64,000 bases of DNA, taken from contig JAYWIR010000049.1 in NCBI GenBank assembly GCA_036172245.1, positions 682,001 through 746,000 on the forward strand, in the 5' to 3' direction. The notes under the pieces were generated by a model, which searched no databases, was not told the DNA's origin, and saw nothing but the letters and a program-made list of their open reading frames with translations. Of the stretch, positions 22,658-36,400 are shown piece after piece. Positions within the stretch are counted from its first letter, which is position 1, and each line of letters opens with the position of its first letter. Both the position numbers and the translations under genes were made by a program. The DNA is from Raillietiella orientalis (lineage: Eukaryota).

Positions 22658-25600
22658 TTTCTTTTTTTTGCCAAAATATATACTGGCACAATTTGATAAA
22701 GTCACTGTAATGAAAGTTTGCTGAAATGAAAGGATTCTAATTCATGTTTATTTTTCTTAATGAATTTTTAGGGATTTCTGATTATTAATAGAGAAATTGT
22801 GTTGTCTGATATAGAGGATTTTGAATATACACCTAAACCAGAGTTTGAAGGACCTTTTACAATCTTCAATGAATCTAATGAAATGTGCCTGCTTCAGCGA
22901 TTCTTTGATCATATTTTGGAATTTCGACCCCATATATTTGTGACATACAATGGTGACTTCTTTGATTGGCCCTTTATAGAAGTTCGTGCATCATTTCATG
23001 GATTAGATTTATTAAAGGAAATTGGCTTTTCAAAAAATAAAGATGATGTTTATTGTTGTCAGTCTGCAATACATATGGATTGCATTAAGTAAGTTGAAGC
23101 ATGATTTTGTTCCTGGTTCTGAACTTGTAATTAAATACTTAAGAACTTTAGAGCTATCCTATTTTCCTCCATGTAGCAGGATGTTATTTGGGTAGTATGA
23201 ATAAATTTTGTGTAAATTCCAAACAGCTGCTGTTTGGATCCGAGAAGTTGATTGATTGATTGTCCGTAATTTGTGTTTTCCCCTTATAACATAAACTGGC
23301 GATAGTTACTGTTGAGTGCATCTCATAGTTTGAATTCAAATTTTGTGCCCTTGCTGTTCAGTAATCCAATTCAAACTGGATTTCATAATCTTGTGCATCT
23401 TATAGAAACATTTTTTTTTTTTTTCAGAGAACTGCTAGTTTTCACAAACCATGTGTAAAAGAATTACGAAAACAATCTATCAGTAGTATAATTCAAATAT
23501 TGCTAATTGTAGTATGATTCAAATCTTTAAAAAAATTAAAGTATTTCGTGAGTTATCATCAATAAAGTTCCACAGAAGAAGCAATTTAGGTTATCCCCAA
23601 ATTGAGTAATTGGTTAATCAGGGTATACTTTGAAAATAAGTTTTGTCACTTATGTCCTGTATAATTGTTTTAGCATTGTTTTGGTTGTATGTAGAGCAAA
23701 CAACTATCATTTATTGTGTCAACCTTTGCAAACGATTAAAAGCATAAAAATATTTAAAAAATCCTTGCATCAAAATGAAACAGTTAAGAGATTGTGATTT
23801 TCAATTTAAGAACATTGGGGAATTTTGTTAATTATATGTACATATACTTGTGATAACCATAGCAAGATATGCATGAGGTTAAACATAGCATCAAAATAGA
23901 CTAATACATCCAAAAATGATTTCATTTTCATTAAAAACAATTCAAGCTTGTAAATTTAGCTCCAATTGTCTATGCATTCTCAAGGGAAGCAGAAGGTGAA
24001 TTTGTCATCCTAAAGTTCAGAAATGTTTCCTTGCGAATTGATAATTTCCAAAATATCAGGCCTGGTGATCGTAGAATCAGGTCATTAGGAGAAATTTCAC
24101 ATCAACAGTGTATCTAAATCCTATCTACAGAGAAGTGCTGCCTATTTCTTTAGAGTATTTATGTACCCTTTGTAAACGATAAGTCCAGATACTACTGTAT
24201 AATAGTGAAGAAGCTGGAAGTTTCGTTTTGAAAATGGTGCATAAGCAATTTAAGCACATTACGTAGTGTTCTTTAGTGTAAAAACAAAAGCAACTAATAA
24301 GAGGTTTCCCATTGTTTTCTCATTGCTTTTTTCATACTTTGTGCATATTGTATGTGTAGGACATTCAGAGTGCATTCTGAAAAAAAAAAGTGATGGTATG
24401 CCATGTAAAGTGCTAGTTTAAAGAAACATTACAGTTTTTCTTGTTTCACATCTCTAAGTTTTTATAAGGAGCATAGTGGCAAATGTATGTTCAACTAAAC
24501 TCAGATATGTTTCCTTCAGTTTTGTGCTTTTATAACTTTGTCACGTTTTGTGATTAAATGCATTAGAAAGCAATTTGTATATTTAATTTAGCATATTTGT
24601 GCAGATTTTTCATTTCTAATAAATTATGTATCACTTTATGAACAACTAAAAGGATTGTATTTATTTTCTAATTGATCAGAACCCATGTTTTTTCTTGCAG
24701 ATGTTTTGTAATACATTTCCAGTGTCTTTAAAAATGAAATTTCGATCATATGGAAGTTCTGTGCATCATTTAAAAAATAAAATATGAATCCAAAAGGCTG
24801 TATCTCATCTTCAATCTTTTAAAATTGAAGGAATTCAATTTAAGAAAGTAAATTATTTTTTACATTATATCATTCCACATTTTTGCAATTAGAAAGCATT
24901 ATTTGCTTAAGGATTGAAGATGAGATAGGTTTTTGGATTCAGATTAAATTCTTTAGAGGAAGCACGGATAATTTTGTATATATACCAGAATTATCTAATG
25001 TTTTCTTGGGCAATTAGAATTATTATTATCTGATGTTTTGTTGGGTAATTAGAATTATATTATCTGATGTTTTCTTGGGCAATCATGGACTTGATACATG
25101 AAATGTTTTTGTCCTTATTCAATGTAGAGTACATATTACAATATTGAATAAAGTGTATCTAATTTAGAAACTGTAAAGCAGAAAAATGTTGAACACCAAT
25201 GCTTGTTTTTGTAGTTGGTGTATATCAATATTTGTGTTTGAAATTGTAGTTGGGTGAAGCGTGATTCGTATCTTCCTGTTGGTTCCCATGGATTAAAGGC
25301 TGTGACAAAAGCAAAACTGTGTTATGATCCTGTGGAATTGGATCCAGAGGATATGTGTCGCATGGCTGTAGAAAATCCTCAAGTATTAGCTAGCTATTCA
25401 GTTTCTGATGCTGTTGCAACATATTATTTATATATGAAATATGTTCATCCCTTTATTTTTGCACTCTGCACAATAATCCCCATGGAACCTAATGAGGTGA
25501 ATAATTTCTTGACTTTTTCGAATGGAGGCTTTTTAACAGAATTGATAAAGGTTCTAAGAAAAGGATCTGGTACTCTTTGTGAAGCTTTGCTTATGGTCCA

Positions 25601-28600
25601 GGCTTTTCATGCTAACATCATCTTCCCAAATAAACAAGAAACGATATTAAATAAACTAACTGATGATGGCCATGTTTTGGATCAGGAAACATATGTAGGA
25701 GGTCATGTAGAAGCACTGGAATCAGGTGTATTTCGTGCTGATATACCTTGTAGATTTCGACTGGTAGATTGTAGATTTTCAATTACCGTTTTCCTATATT
25801 TTTTAATTCCAGAATCCCGAGGCATATTCTCAACTTATTGCTGATGCAGAAAGAACCTTAAAGCATGCTATAGAAGTCGAAGAAAAAATATCAGTTGATG
25901 ATGTAGTCAATTTTGATGTAGTGCTTAATGACATTGTTGGGAAACTTGAGAATTTCCAGCAAATTCCAAATCGCATTGAAAATCCCATTATTTATCATCT
26001 GGATGTTGGTATGAAATTTGTGGCAAATTATTCATTGTATATTTTCTTTTTTCTTGTGTTCAGCTGCCATGTATCCAAACATTATTTTGACGAATCGTCT
26101 TCAGCCATCAGCTGTGGTAGATGAAGCAGTTTGTGCTTCCTGTGATTTTAATCGACCAAATGCACAGTGTCAGCGCAATTTATCATGGACATGGCGCGGA
26201 GAATTTAGTATGTGAGACTTTAACCAATTTTTTTTAGTTGTTTTTGGGCAGTGCCTGCTAGTAAAAGTGAATTCTGGCATATAAAGCAACAGTTGGAGAC
26301 AGAAAGGTTTCCTCCTCTTATACCTGGTGGAGCATATAGGGCATTCCATCAGTTGCCTGCTGAAGAGCAAGCATCTATAGAAAAAAAAAGATTATCAAAC
26401 TATTGTAGGAAAGCTTACAAGAAAATTCATGTTACAAGAACAGAAATCAAGCAAACAACTATTTGCCAAAGAGAAAATAGTTTTTATGTGGATACTGTAA
26501 GAGCTTTTCGTAATAGAAGGAATGAATATAAAAGCATTCTTAAAGTAGGTCTGAATAGTGGTTGTTGCATATTCTATTCTGTTTTCTTTCTGATATTTAG
26601 AATGCCAAGAAAGATGTGCAGAAAGCTATGGAAAAGGGTGATGCTAGTGAAATAAAATCTGCAAAGAATCGTGAAGTTTTATATGACTCTCTTCAGTTGG
26701 CACATAAATGTATATTGAATTCATTTTATGGATATGTTATGAGAAAAGGGTGAGTACAGATCGAATTCCTTTATTATAGTTAATTTTCCTATCAGTGCTC
26801 GATGGTATAGCATGGAGATGGCTGGTATTACCTGTCAGTTAGGAGCAGAAATCATTACACAAGCAAGACAAGTGGTAGAACAAATAGGGCGGCCTTTAGA
26901 ACTGGATACAGATGGGATCTGGTGTATCCTTCCAGCCTCCTTTCCTGAAAACTATGAACTTGTAATAAAAAATAGTAATAAATCACATGTTACTATCACC
27001 TACCCAGGAGCAATGCTGAATGTAATGGTTAAAGTAAGATAGCATTTCGTAATCATAAAACATTTAAGTTTTGCAAGTGATGGACATTTTTATAGTAAAT
27101 TGTTCTTATTACTTGTTTATTTATGTTAAGGATTTGTTTACCAACCACCAATATCATGAATTGGTAGATTCTGAAAACCTAGTCTACGAAATAAGAAAGG
27201 AAAATTCCATTTCTTTTGAAGTGGATGGACCCTACTTAGCTATGGTTCTGCCTGCTTCTAAAGAAGAAGGGAAGAAATTGAAAAAAAGATATGCAGTATT
27301 CAATTTCGATGGCTCTCTTGCAGAACTGAAGGGGTAATCTTCTATTCTTTCTTGATTCATAGATACGTATCCTCTGTAAACTTTTGATTTCATATGTCAC
27401 TTTTAGTTTTGAAGTTAAAAGAAGAGGTGAGCTGCAGCTAATCAAAATATTTCAGTCTTCAGTCTTTGAAGCCTTTTTAAAAGGCGATACTTTGGAATCC
27501 TGTTACCAGGCAGTTGCTAAAATTGCTAACTATTGGCTTGATGTATTGTACAGCAAAGTATACTTTGAAATATTACGAATGCTCGAGTGTCCGTATAATT
27601 TAGGCCTCAAATTTGCCAGATGTGGAGTTATTTGAGCTGATCTCTGAAAATCGATCAATGGCACGCAAATTGGAAGATTATGGTTCTCAAAAATCTACAT
27701 CCATTAATACTGCCAAGCGTTTAGCCGAATTTCTTGGAGATCAGATGGTCAAAGATGCTGGTTTATCATGTAAATACATTATCAGCAAGAAACCTGAGAA
27801 TGCACCAGTTACTGAAAGGTCAGAGGTGTAGTTAACGTAATTAACTAACAGCTAACCTAATTATTTGGGGCATGTTTACATCATTTGCAGTGTTTGCAAA
27901 TGAAGTTTTTGCACATGCGTACATAAAATAGACTTGAAAAATAAATAAAATAGCAGTTTACAGTTTATGTTGCATTAGCATTTGTTTGTTTGGTGCTTCT
28001 GGATGTAACATGAGAGTTTAGGAATCTATTGCTATCCAAATTTGGTTATGAAACCTCCTTGTATTAGTACTTGATAAAGTCCGCTGAGTAAAGCATGAAA
28101 GAGCATATGCAAAATAGCAAAAATGCCTTTGTGATTCAAGTTGTAGACTGTAATGCATATTTTCTTAATCTGAGATAGCCAGTGCATTTCTTGAGTGTTT
28201 AAGCTATTTGGGAAACATCGTTGTCTCAATCATTATTGTGCATATTTAAAACCATACAAGTTCGCCGCTTTCAACTTATTGGAGTAAATAAGAAAAGCGT
28301 TTATTTTCAGAGCGATTCCCCTAGCCATATTTCATGCTGAGGACAGTGTGAAAAGATATTACTTAAGAAAATGGCTGAAAGATTCTGCAATGGAAGATTT
28401 TGATATACGAAATATTTTGGATTGGAGATATTATATAGAGAGATTAGGAGGTGCAATTCAGAAAATTATCACAATCCCAGCAGCATTGCAAGGGGTACTA
28501 TCTATTATTCTGTCATAAATATGTATACGTTCACAACTATCAGCTTGCCAATCCAGTACCAAGAGTTTCTCATCCAGAATGGCTGCATAAAAAGATTCTT

Positions 28601-31600
28601 GAGAAACATGACAGTGCAAAACAGAAACGTATATCAGATATTTTTAAAAAAAGTGCACCTCGGGAAAAAACTAGTGAAAAATGTGAACCTGCAAATACTG
28701 AAATTCCAGAAACGAGAGATCTGGAAGATATCTTGGAAAAATCAAATAAAAAGGATCTATTGCCTATTAAGCGGAAAGCAACTGTTCAATTAAGACGCAA
28801 AGTTTCTGCAACCAAAAATTGGAGAGATGTTCTAGGAATGGCTCCCATTCTAAATGATGATTATGTGAGCAATATTAGAATGGGTGATTCTGTTTATTGC
28901 AATGTTTTATAGAGTAACTTCCATAAGTGGCTGGAATTTCATAAACAGAAATGGAAATATCAGTTGGAACAGCGAGCTGCAAAAAAGAAGTGTCTAAAGA
29001 CTTCAGATTCACAAGTTTCTTCAAAACGTTTGCCATCAGCAACCATGGAGTATTTTCTTCAAAAAACTCAAAAATCTCTTTATCAAACACCATGGCAGAT
29101 CATCCAGGTATATGTAATTGTAATGCAAGGAGACTGTCAATATAATATATTTACAGATTTGCAAAACAAGTAATATTGGAATATTTAAATTTTGGGTGTT
29201 AGTTGGATCGGAACTTCATCAAATCAAAGTATATGTGCCCAGAATATTCTTTGTAAATCAGCGATTTCCAAAGCCAGCTAAAGAAGGAAATGTTTGGAAA
29301 AAATGTAGCAAAATTCTGCCTCGATCTCATCCTACTTATTTCTTATATGAGTATCGTATTCCGGAAGAGCTATTTCAGCAACATTATGGGTAAGCAGAAA
29401 AAAGCATTTGGGAACTAATTTGGGAAAATATCTAGAGAACTAGCAGCGGATTTATCTACTCCTGATATAGAAGGCATTTATGAAACTCAAGTCCCATTGG
29501 AATTTAGACTTTTAGTCCAGTTAGGCTGCATCTGTAAAGTGAATACCAAAGCAGACCATTCAGACTGCGACATGTTTGAGTTGGAACAACTTGAGTTCTG
29601 TCCAGTTGCACATCAGCCTTACTTAGCAGATGATATTTTGAAATATATCTATTTATACCAATATTCATCAGGGTCCAAAGCAATGTGGGGACTTTTTGTT
29701 TTGCCCAAATTTATTGCTCATGTTTTTGTGCTGGATACAGTACGAAGTAATCAAATGCCCAATTTAAAAACCATGCTTAGTGCTGAAATCAAATCCAGGT
29801 TTGCTTGTTCTTTGTTTGTATAAACTAATATACCAGTTACTATAGGAAAGAGAATATATCAGCAACAAATGGCAACATGCATATCAAACAATTTGAAGTT
29901 CATCTAGAAACTGAAGTCAAGCAAGTCCATCAAACTATACAGAAGATTTTGTTGCAGTATAAAGATGATAAAAGAGGTCCAACTGCAATTGCTGTCCAGT
30001 CAGTATTTGGTGCGTTAGAGCACTTAATGCTAGTCAGATCACTAATTTTCCTTCATCTTTAAGGATTTCCCGCCTTGTTAGAATCCATCTCTGGGATCGG
30101 AGATTTCCCTTTGATACCAATTTATGTCACAGATGCAGATAATTTGTATAATGTTTTGGATTGGCAAAGAGTTGGCTCCAAAATTATGATTCGTCATTTT
30201 TTGAACTTTCATCTGATATTACAAACAACTATAGAACAGTGTCGGTATTTTCAAATTCCTATTGGAAATCTCCCTTCTGATCCAACATTGTTTGGTGCTG
30301 ACCTTTTTTTTGCACGCCATCTTCAAAGGAGTAACCATATTTTATGGTGTTCCACTAGTGAAAAACCTGACTTTGGGGGCAAAGAATGGGATGATAGTCG
30401 GTAGATATTTGAAAGCATTAAATGTCCCATTTTAACTCTATTGTTGTAAAGATTAATGTTAGACTTTGATGACAATACTGGCATTGCAGTTAATTACAGT
30501 GGTTCTTACTCAAGTGCTTGTGTGGAGTTGGAAGTAGATGGCTTAGCAGTCAATGCATTATTACAAGCACATAACATCAATGACCTTGAAGGTAAAGAAT
30601 GACGATATAGGCAAACATTGTCAAAATATCTCATGAATGTTGAGTATTTGTGATAATTTCATACTTTTTAATCAAAAATCCCGTGTGATGCCCTGGATCA
30701 TGTGACAGTCTCTGTATCTAGGCACCTGCAACAACATAGCATTTGATGCACAACCAAAAATTTCATTGGAGAGTTTGATTGGGGGACAACAGGACAAAAG
30801 GTTTTTCAGCAGCTATGATGAGACAACTGCTTGTAGTGGAGCTTTCCGCATATTGCGTAACATGGTTACCTGCTGGTTACGAGATGTATCTGCACATGGG
30901 AATGTCTTTGCTGATTTCCAGATCATGCATTTTTACAGGTAACAATGCTATACAAATCTAAATCTAAGACGGATTTGCTTTGTAAAGGTGGTTGCATTCA
31001 CCACTTGCTCTGCTTTATGATCCTGCCTTTAAAAAAATTCTTCATAATTTAATGCGAAAATTATTTTTCCAGGTAAGTTTTTCCTTTCACTTTCCAAATG
31101 AATTCTAAATGCATTGTATTTTATTAGCTCATTGCAGAATTGCAGCGACTAGGTTCTATGCTCATTTTTGGAGATTTTACAAAGGTAATCATCTGCACAA
31201 AAAAGCATGATCTGGAAGCTGCAACTGCTTATGTAGAATATGTACTTGAGAGAATAAGAAATAAGGACTTCTTTCACAGTCTGGAAATCCGTGTAGAACA
31301 GTGGTGGGAGTATCTTTTATGGTTAGATGCGGTGAGTTTGGAAGAATGTACCTGAAAACTTTGTCAATATCTTCAGAACAATCACGGAGGTGTTCTGGGA
31401 GTAAATGCTTCTGAACAAGCTGTTAATGCAATTACTTTGGGAGAAGAAGAATTTTGTGAGGTTGTGCCTGCCTAATTGTCTAATAATTATTCATCCTATT
31501 AGCCTGTAGTTGAAATGAATTGGAATCTTGTTCAGTTTTTGCCTGAAGATGGTGACATTCAAACATATTTCAATTCCATCATAGCAACATATATTAGTAC

Positions 31601-33307
31601 TGTCCATGAAAAGCTGAAGGAACTAGGATTAGTGAACACTCCCCAGTACAAACGTCTCAGCATTAGTCAAACTGCATTTCAGAGAAAATATGCTGGAAGA
31701 GAATCGCAGCAGTTGACAGATTTCTGTCGCCAGCTTGTTTCTGGAGAAATGGCACAGAGATTATTTCAGTAAGGTTTTTGTTCGAAATTCCGTCATCTGA
31801 AAATTCATAGGGTAACTGAGAAAATTTACAAAAAACTTGGACCAAAAGCAGCTGTCAATGTTTTTCCATGCTTACCCGGATCCCATTTGCAAATGAAAAA
31901 TCCTTCATTAGAATTTATCAAAGCAATTTGCAAGGTACATCAGATAATTTTCTTAAAAGATAATGCCACATATCAGATTGTAGTGTATGTTGTGATTTTT
32001 TTTTTTTTCCTAATATTGCTTCCAATTAAATGGGTATTGAATGTTTATTTACGAATGTTTGCAAATGTTGAATTCATGGAATTGGAAGTTTCCTGTGTTC
32101 TGTTTTTGTACAGTTTATTCTTTGTACTTTGGAATTTATGCAAAATGCAAATTTGAGTTCTGTAGCTGCAGAAACTTTTCCCATAATAGTATTAGGAGAT
32201 TGAATACCATTCTTGTTTTTCATTTTAAGTTTGTTTAAAAGTAAATTAAATTTTCATTTTCTACACATTCATTTTTTTTGTGTGTGTGTTTCTTTCTCCA
32301 TTTTTGTGGCCTTGCATGGCAAAATTTTTGTAACTTAACATTTGTCAATAAGAACATTGGTATTTTACTGATTTACAATATTTAAAAATCGGCTTGCTTT
32401 AGAATTTGTTTACTTTTAAAGGGTTATAGAGAGGAATTAAATCTGCAATCTGAAAAAACAGTCCATTGCTCTTAACTTTTGTATTATTCACTTTTATTGT
32501 GAAATGATTGTTCTTTGTGATCTCAAGAATTTTGTAGTTTACAAAATCTTTGGCAAATAGAAATTCATATTTAGATACATAATTGTTGTGTATGTCTGAT
32601 TAGTGCTTTTATTTTTCACTATTTGCTTTTAACACAATACGTAGTTGGACTTTTTAAGTACGACTATTCTTCAGGTATTATCACTTGATTCCTCCATTGA
32701 AGAAGAAGTTTCCCAGTTGAAACGTAACCTTCTTCGTCTCATTGGAATCGGAGAATTCAACGAGGAGTCTGAATGGAAAGATCCTTGCACTAGTCAGGTT
32801 TTACCAGAAATAATTTGTAAAACATGCAATCACTGCCGAAATTTAGACCTCTGTAAAGACCCAGAGATTTCTGAAGAGAACGGAATGTTTGTATTTGGCT
32901 GCAACATTTAACAAATTCATGTTATGTATGTATTTTGCAGGCCTGTATGGAGGTGTGTTCTTTGTAAAAGTTGTTATGATACTCTAGAGATTGAAGGTCT
33001 GTTGCTTAATTTGGTTCATCGAAAGATTATGGCTACAATCCTCCAAGATCTTCAATGTACGAAATGTCAAGAGGTGAGTTTTCAGGATTTAATTATTTTT
33101 CCCATGTACCTTGATCTTTAGGTGAAACAAGCCAATATGGGTCATTATTGTTCATGTGGTGGTAGTTTCTCGTTAATGCTGTCTCAGACGGATTTTATGA
33201 AGACTCTGACAACATTTCAAAATGTTGCAAGTTACTTTCATATGCCTTTGCTGCTGGAAACAGTAAAATGGGTCCTTTCTACTATGTCAATTAAATGTGA
33301 TAATTAA
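21406..33307 (+). CDS. POLE: DNA polymerase epsilon catalytic subunit A, 33 exons, 2230 aa
   Basis: Exons: 21406-21473 (least certain), 21616-21742, 21795-22013, 22057-22280, 22326-22566, 22772-23088, 25250-25496, 25551-25763, 25813-26008, 26064-26207, 26252-26544, 26601-26749, 26796-27033, 27131-27333, 27407-27557, 27604-27818, 28311-28494, 28544-28864, 28913-29107, 29157-29389, 29436-29798, 29846-30009, 30064-30400, 30452-30591, 30722-30938, 30988-31072, 31128-31331, 31377-31460, 31503-31768, 31811-31934, 32675-32886, 32941-33073, 33122-33307. Total 6693 nt, all GT-AG and phase-consistent. Motifs: Exo[71 protein letters not shown], CysX CASCDF...C, and C-terminal CysA/CysB. Confidence 0.97.
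24785..24941. repeat. Inverted repeat (MITE-like fold-back) in POLE intron 6
   Basis: tgaatccaaaaggctgtatctcatcttcaatc (24785-24816) is nearly the reverse complement of gattgaagatgagataggtttttggattca (24912-24941). Weaker complementarity extends about 25 nt outward. Confidence 0.7.
24990..25083. repeat. Minisatellite, about 35-bp unit x3, in POLE intron 6
   Basis: Unit approximately attatctgatgttttcttgggcaattagaatt, repeated three times. Confidence 0.8.
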
Positions 33308-33423
33308 ATTGTAAAATTCTTTTTAGCGTTTAAATTCAAGGTGGTAAGCAAATCTGTGCTGTCATTTTAAACCACCATTTTGCCGTAATATTTCTGTGTA
33401 AAGTACTAATTAGGAATAATCAG

Positions 33424-36400
33424 ATGCTTTATCTTATTGGACTGGGTCTTAGTGGAGTTGATGATGTAACAGTCAAAGGACTGAAGATAATTAAGAAATG
33501 TAAAAAGGTTTATTTGGAATCTTATACATCTATTTTAGGAGTCGACCAGAAATCCCTTGTAAGTACAATCATTAAACAATATTTAAGCAATTATGGGGTC
33601 CCTATTTCCTATCGTATGCGTAAAATTTTCCGAAAGTGAAAGAGATGAACGTGACATTGCCTGATTTAAAATTGCCGATATTTTATTATGTCGTGACGCC
33701 CATTCCTTGATGATAAAATGAAAGGCATATGACAACTATAAAAGCATGTAGCATGATTATTGTTCGTTGTTTTAGGCACGAGTTTCTTTTTTTTTTTTTA
33801 AAGCAATCTTTGTTTCGAATAAAATGGTGCTGTGTTAGGTTTGACTATAGCTACATTGGATAATTAGTAGGCAAGTCATATGGCAAGGCTCTGATAATGT
33901 TTAGTTTCCAACGTAAACTTTTGTATTATTAATGTGCTTATGCGCATGAATTGTACCTTTACTTTACTTTAGAGGAAGCAAGCAGTGAGATCTTGGTTAT
34001 TTTCATGAAAGAAAAGCGCTCAAAATTTGGAATCCCTATTTATGAAATTCGTTTGAATGTCATCAATCCGAATTCAGAGGTTTTACAATAATAATATAAT
34101 ATAATTTTTTGCATATTTTAGTGGGCACTCAAAAGCGTTGCTCGCCTTGAGTAAAGAGTTGTTTTGGGATTCGTGTGTTCTCACAGGGTGCAAATAATCA
34201 CAACGTGCTTAGTAAATAATTGTTAAATTGATGTTCATGAACGGAGCACAGCAATCACAAGTTTGCATGATGTGTAGGAAAATTATCTCCAAAGCATCAG
34301 GAATTTAACTTCAACGGACATTGTGTTTACGATTTCCCTAGTTCAGATGTGTCGTCACTCAAATAACTCACTTTTTCTGAGGTGTGTATCCTCACATCAG
34401 AGTCCTCCGGTAAACGGAGGAAAAGGGAACCGATTCGAGTGCTGCCAGGACCGTAGACAGTAAAGAAGCAAGTATTCCAAGTGACTTACCTTAAGTCTTT
34501 GTAGACAGCTGTCGTTGATGGAATGAAAACTAACCAATAATTCACTGTGCACATCATTTTGCTAATATCATTTCGAAATTGCATCAGTCAAAGCAAGACG
34601 GAAGTGGAGATGGTAAGATGGTGGCTTCCCAACAAGTTGCAGGTGGTCAAAGATACGTTTTGTTTCCCCAAGACTTTGTTTAGTCTTGAAAAATGAGTTC
34701 TGTCTGGGTTCAAAACACACACACACAAAAAAAGGACTCGTGGTTTATGTTTTCGCTATTTTTGAAATAGCAGGGACTCGTGTGCATTTGAAAGTTCTGT
34801 TCATAAATTCGGATTTATTGGAATGATGTAATATTGTTTTATAAAGTGCGTTTTATGTCAGAAAACGTTGTAAGGATGTTTGGGGAGGGAGGCAAAGAAA
34901 AGCAGTTCGTGGTATTCAGGGTAGTGAACAGTAAAAGCGATCCAAAAAGCACTATTGAAAAACACAAGTGCTGATTGATGCTCTTCAAAAATGAAGGGCA
35001 AGGTGGCCGAAAGAATTCGTCTAGCATCCGAAACGAAATTCGATCTTTGCCAGAAAAGAGAGTATTGCATACGCTCTTGGAAAAAAAAAAAAAAACAGAG
35101 CAGAAGATCCTCACTATTGAAGGAGTGCATGAGTGCATACTTCCCGATTTCAGGAATGGACTTTGGAAGCTGAAGATAATACGCAGCTGAAGTAACCATC
35201 CAAGTTGAAAGGGCAAAAAGAAAGATCAGAGGTCAAGGAAGAGCATCTATTTTCATACAAATGAAGCATGAAACACGACGAATCAGGGGACGAAAGAAGT
35301 AAAATTAATTAATCTAGAAATAATTGTGTATCACTGAAAATGTCCCGGAGGGAAAAAAGTGTGTGTTGGGAGGAGGGGACTTCTAATCTTGTACTTGAAA
35401 GAACTGAAGGTTGGAGCTGGACAGACAAAAGTTTCATTCCTAGAAATACGCTGACTTGGAGGACACATTTTATGCGTATTACATTTATTATAAAGATGGG
35501 ACATAAATTGTCAAAGCGAAAGTCACCGAGCTTTTGAGTCTAATGCCAAGCGGGGCTCAAGGAGCTTACAGAACTCATAAAAAATCGCATTTTACATGAA
35601 ATGATGTGAAGTAAAGGTATTCTAAAACAACGTTTAAACAACGTCTCACTTTATAAAACCAAGAGGTCCTCTTATACGATACATTTAGGAATGGTTTCAG
35701 TACTCCTTTCTGGGGCTTTTGCGGCGGGGGAAGTAGAATCAATCAAATTCACATCATTTAAGCATTTGAAAAGCGTACATTACATTCCGAGAACGCGATG
35801 CACTCAGCACTGTGTTGTATTTCCCGAGTTGGAGTTTTATCATGCGGAAAGCTCGGGAAACATCGTAGGATTGTGAACTGTACTATCAGGAGGTATCCCA
35901 CAAGTCTGAAAATTTGTGGTCAGTACGTGTCATTATGTTCCCTAATTGCACGCATTCTGCTGATCTATTTCCACGGGGCTGTAACATCAGTGTTAATCCC
36001 TTAATGCCACGCATTTGCGGTGATGGTCAGTGGAATGTGTGGCACTAGGGAATATAACGTTGATGTTATTGCTCCGACCTTATACTTTTGTCTGTTTGTA
36101 AACGTGCTGGCTTTTGAATACGATGAATTAACATTTGCTGATGATTGTACTGGTGGCCGGACTCGCAACTCTGCTTCTTGAAGGCCCGGTCTTTCAAGCA
36201 CCTCCCACTGCCGCCCACAAACTTAAATACTAGTGAAATTATCTCATCAGGTATAGGATCGTGAAATGTATCTATGTAGAGAAAACGAAAAGTAAGCGGC
36301 AGAGAATCATGCGACAAAAAAAAAAAAAAAAGTGCAGTATTCGTAAGTCTTTTATGATCAGGTGAACGCTTGGTAACACTTGGTAGTGGGACGAGAACAA

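Noticed and set aside
25497..30451. TTTTAAC branch-like motifs suggesting U12-type introns in POLE
   Set aside because: No intron has the RTATCCTT minor-spliceosome donor.
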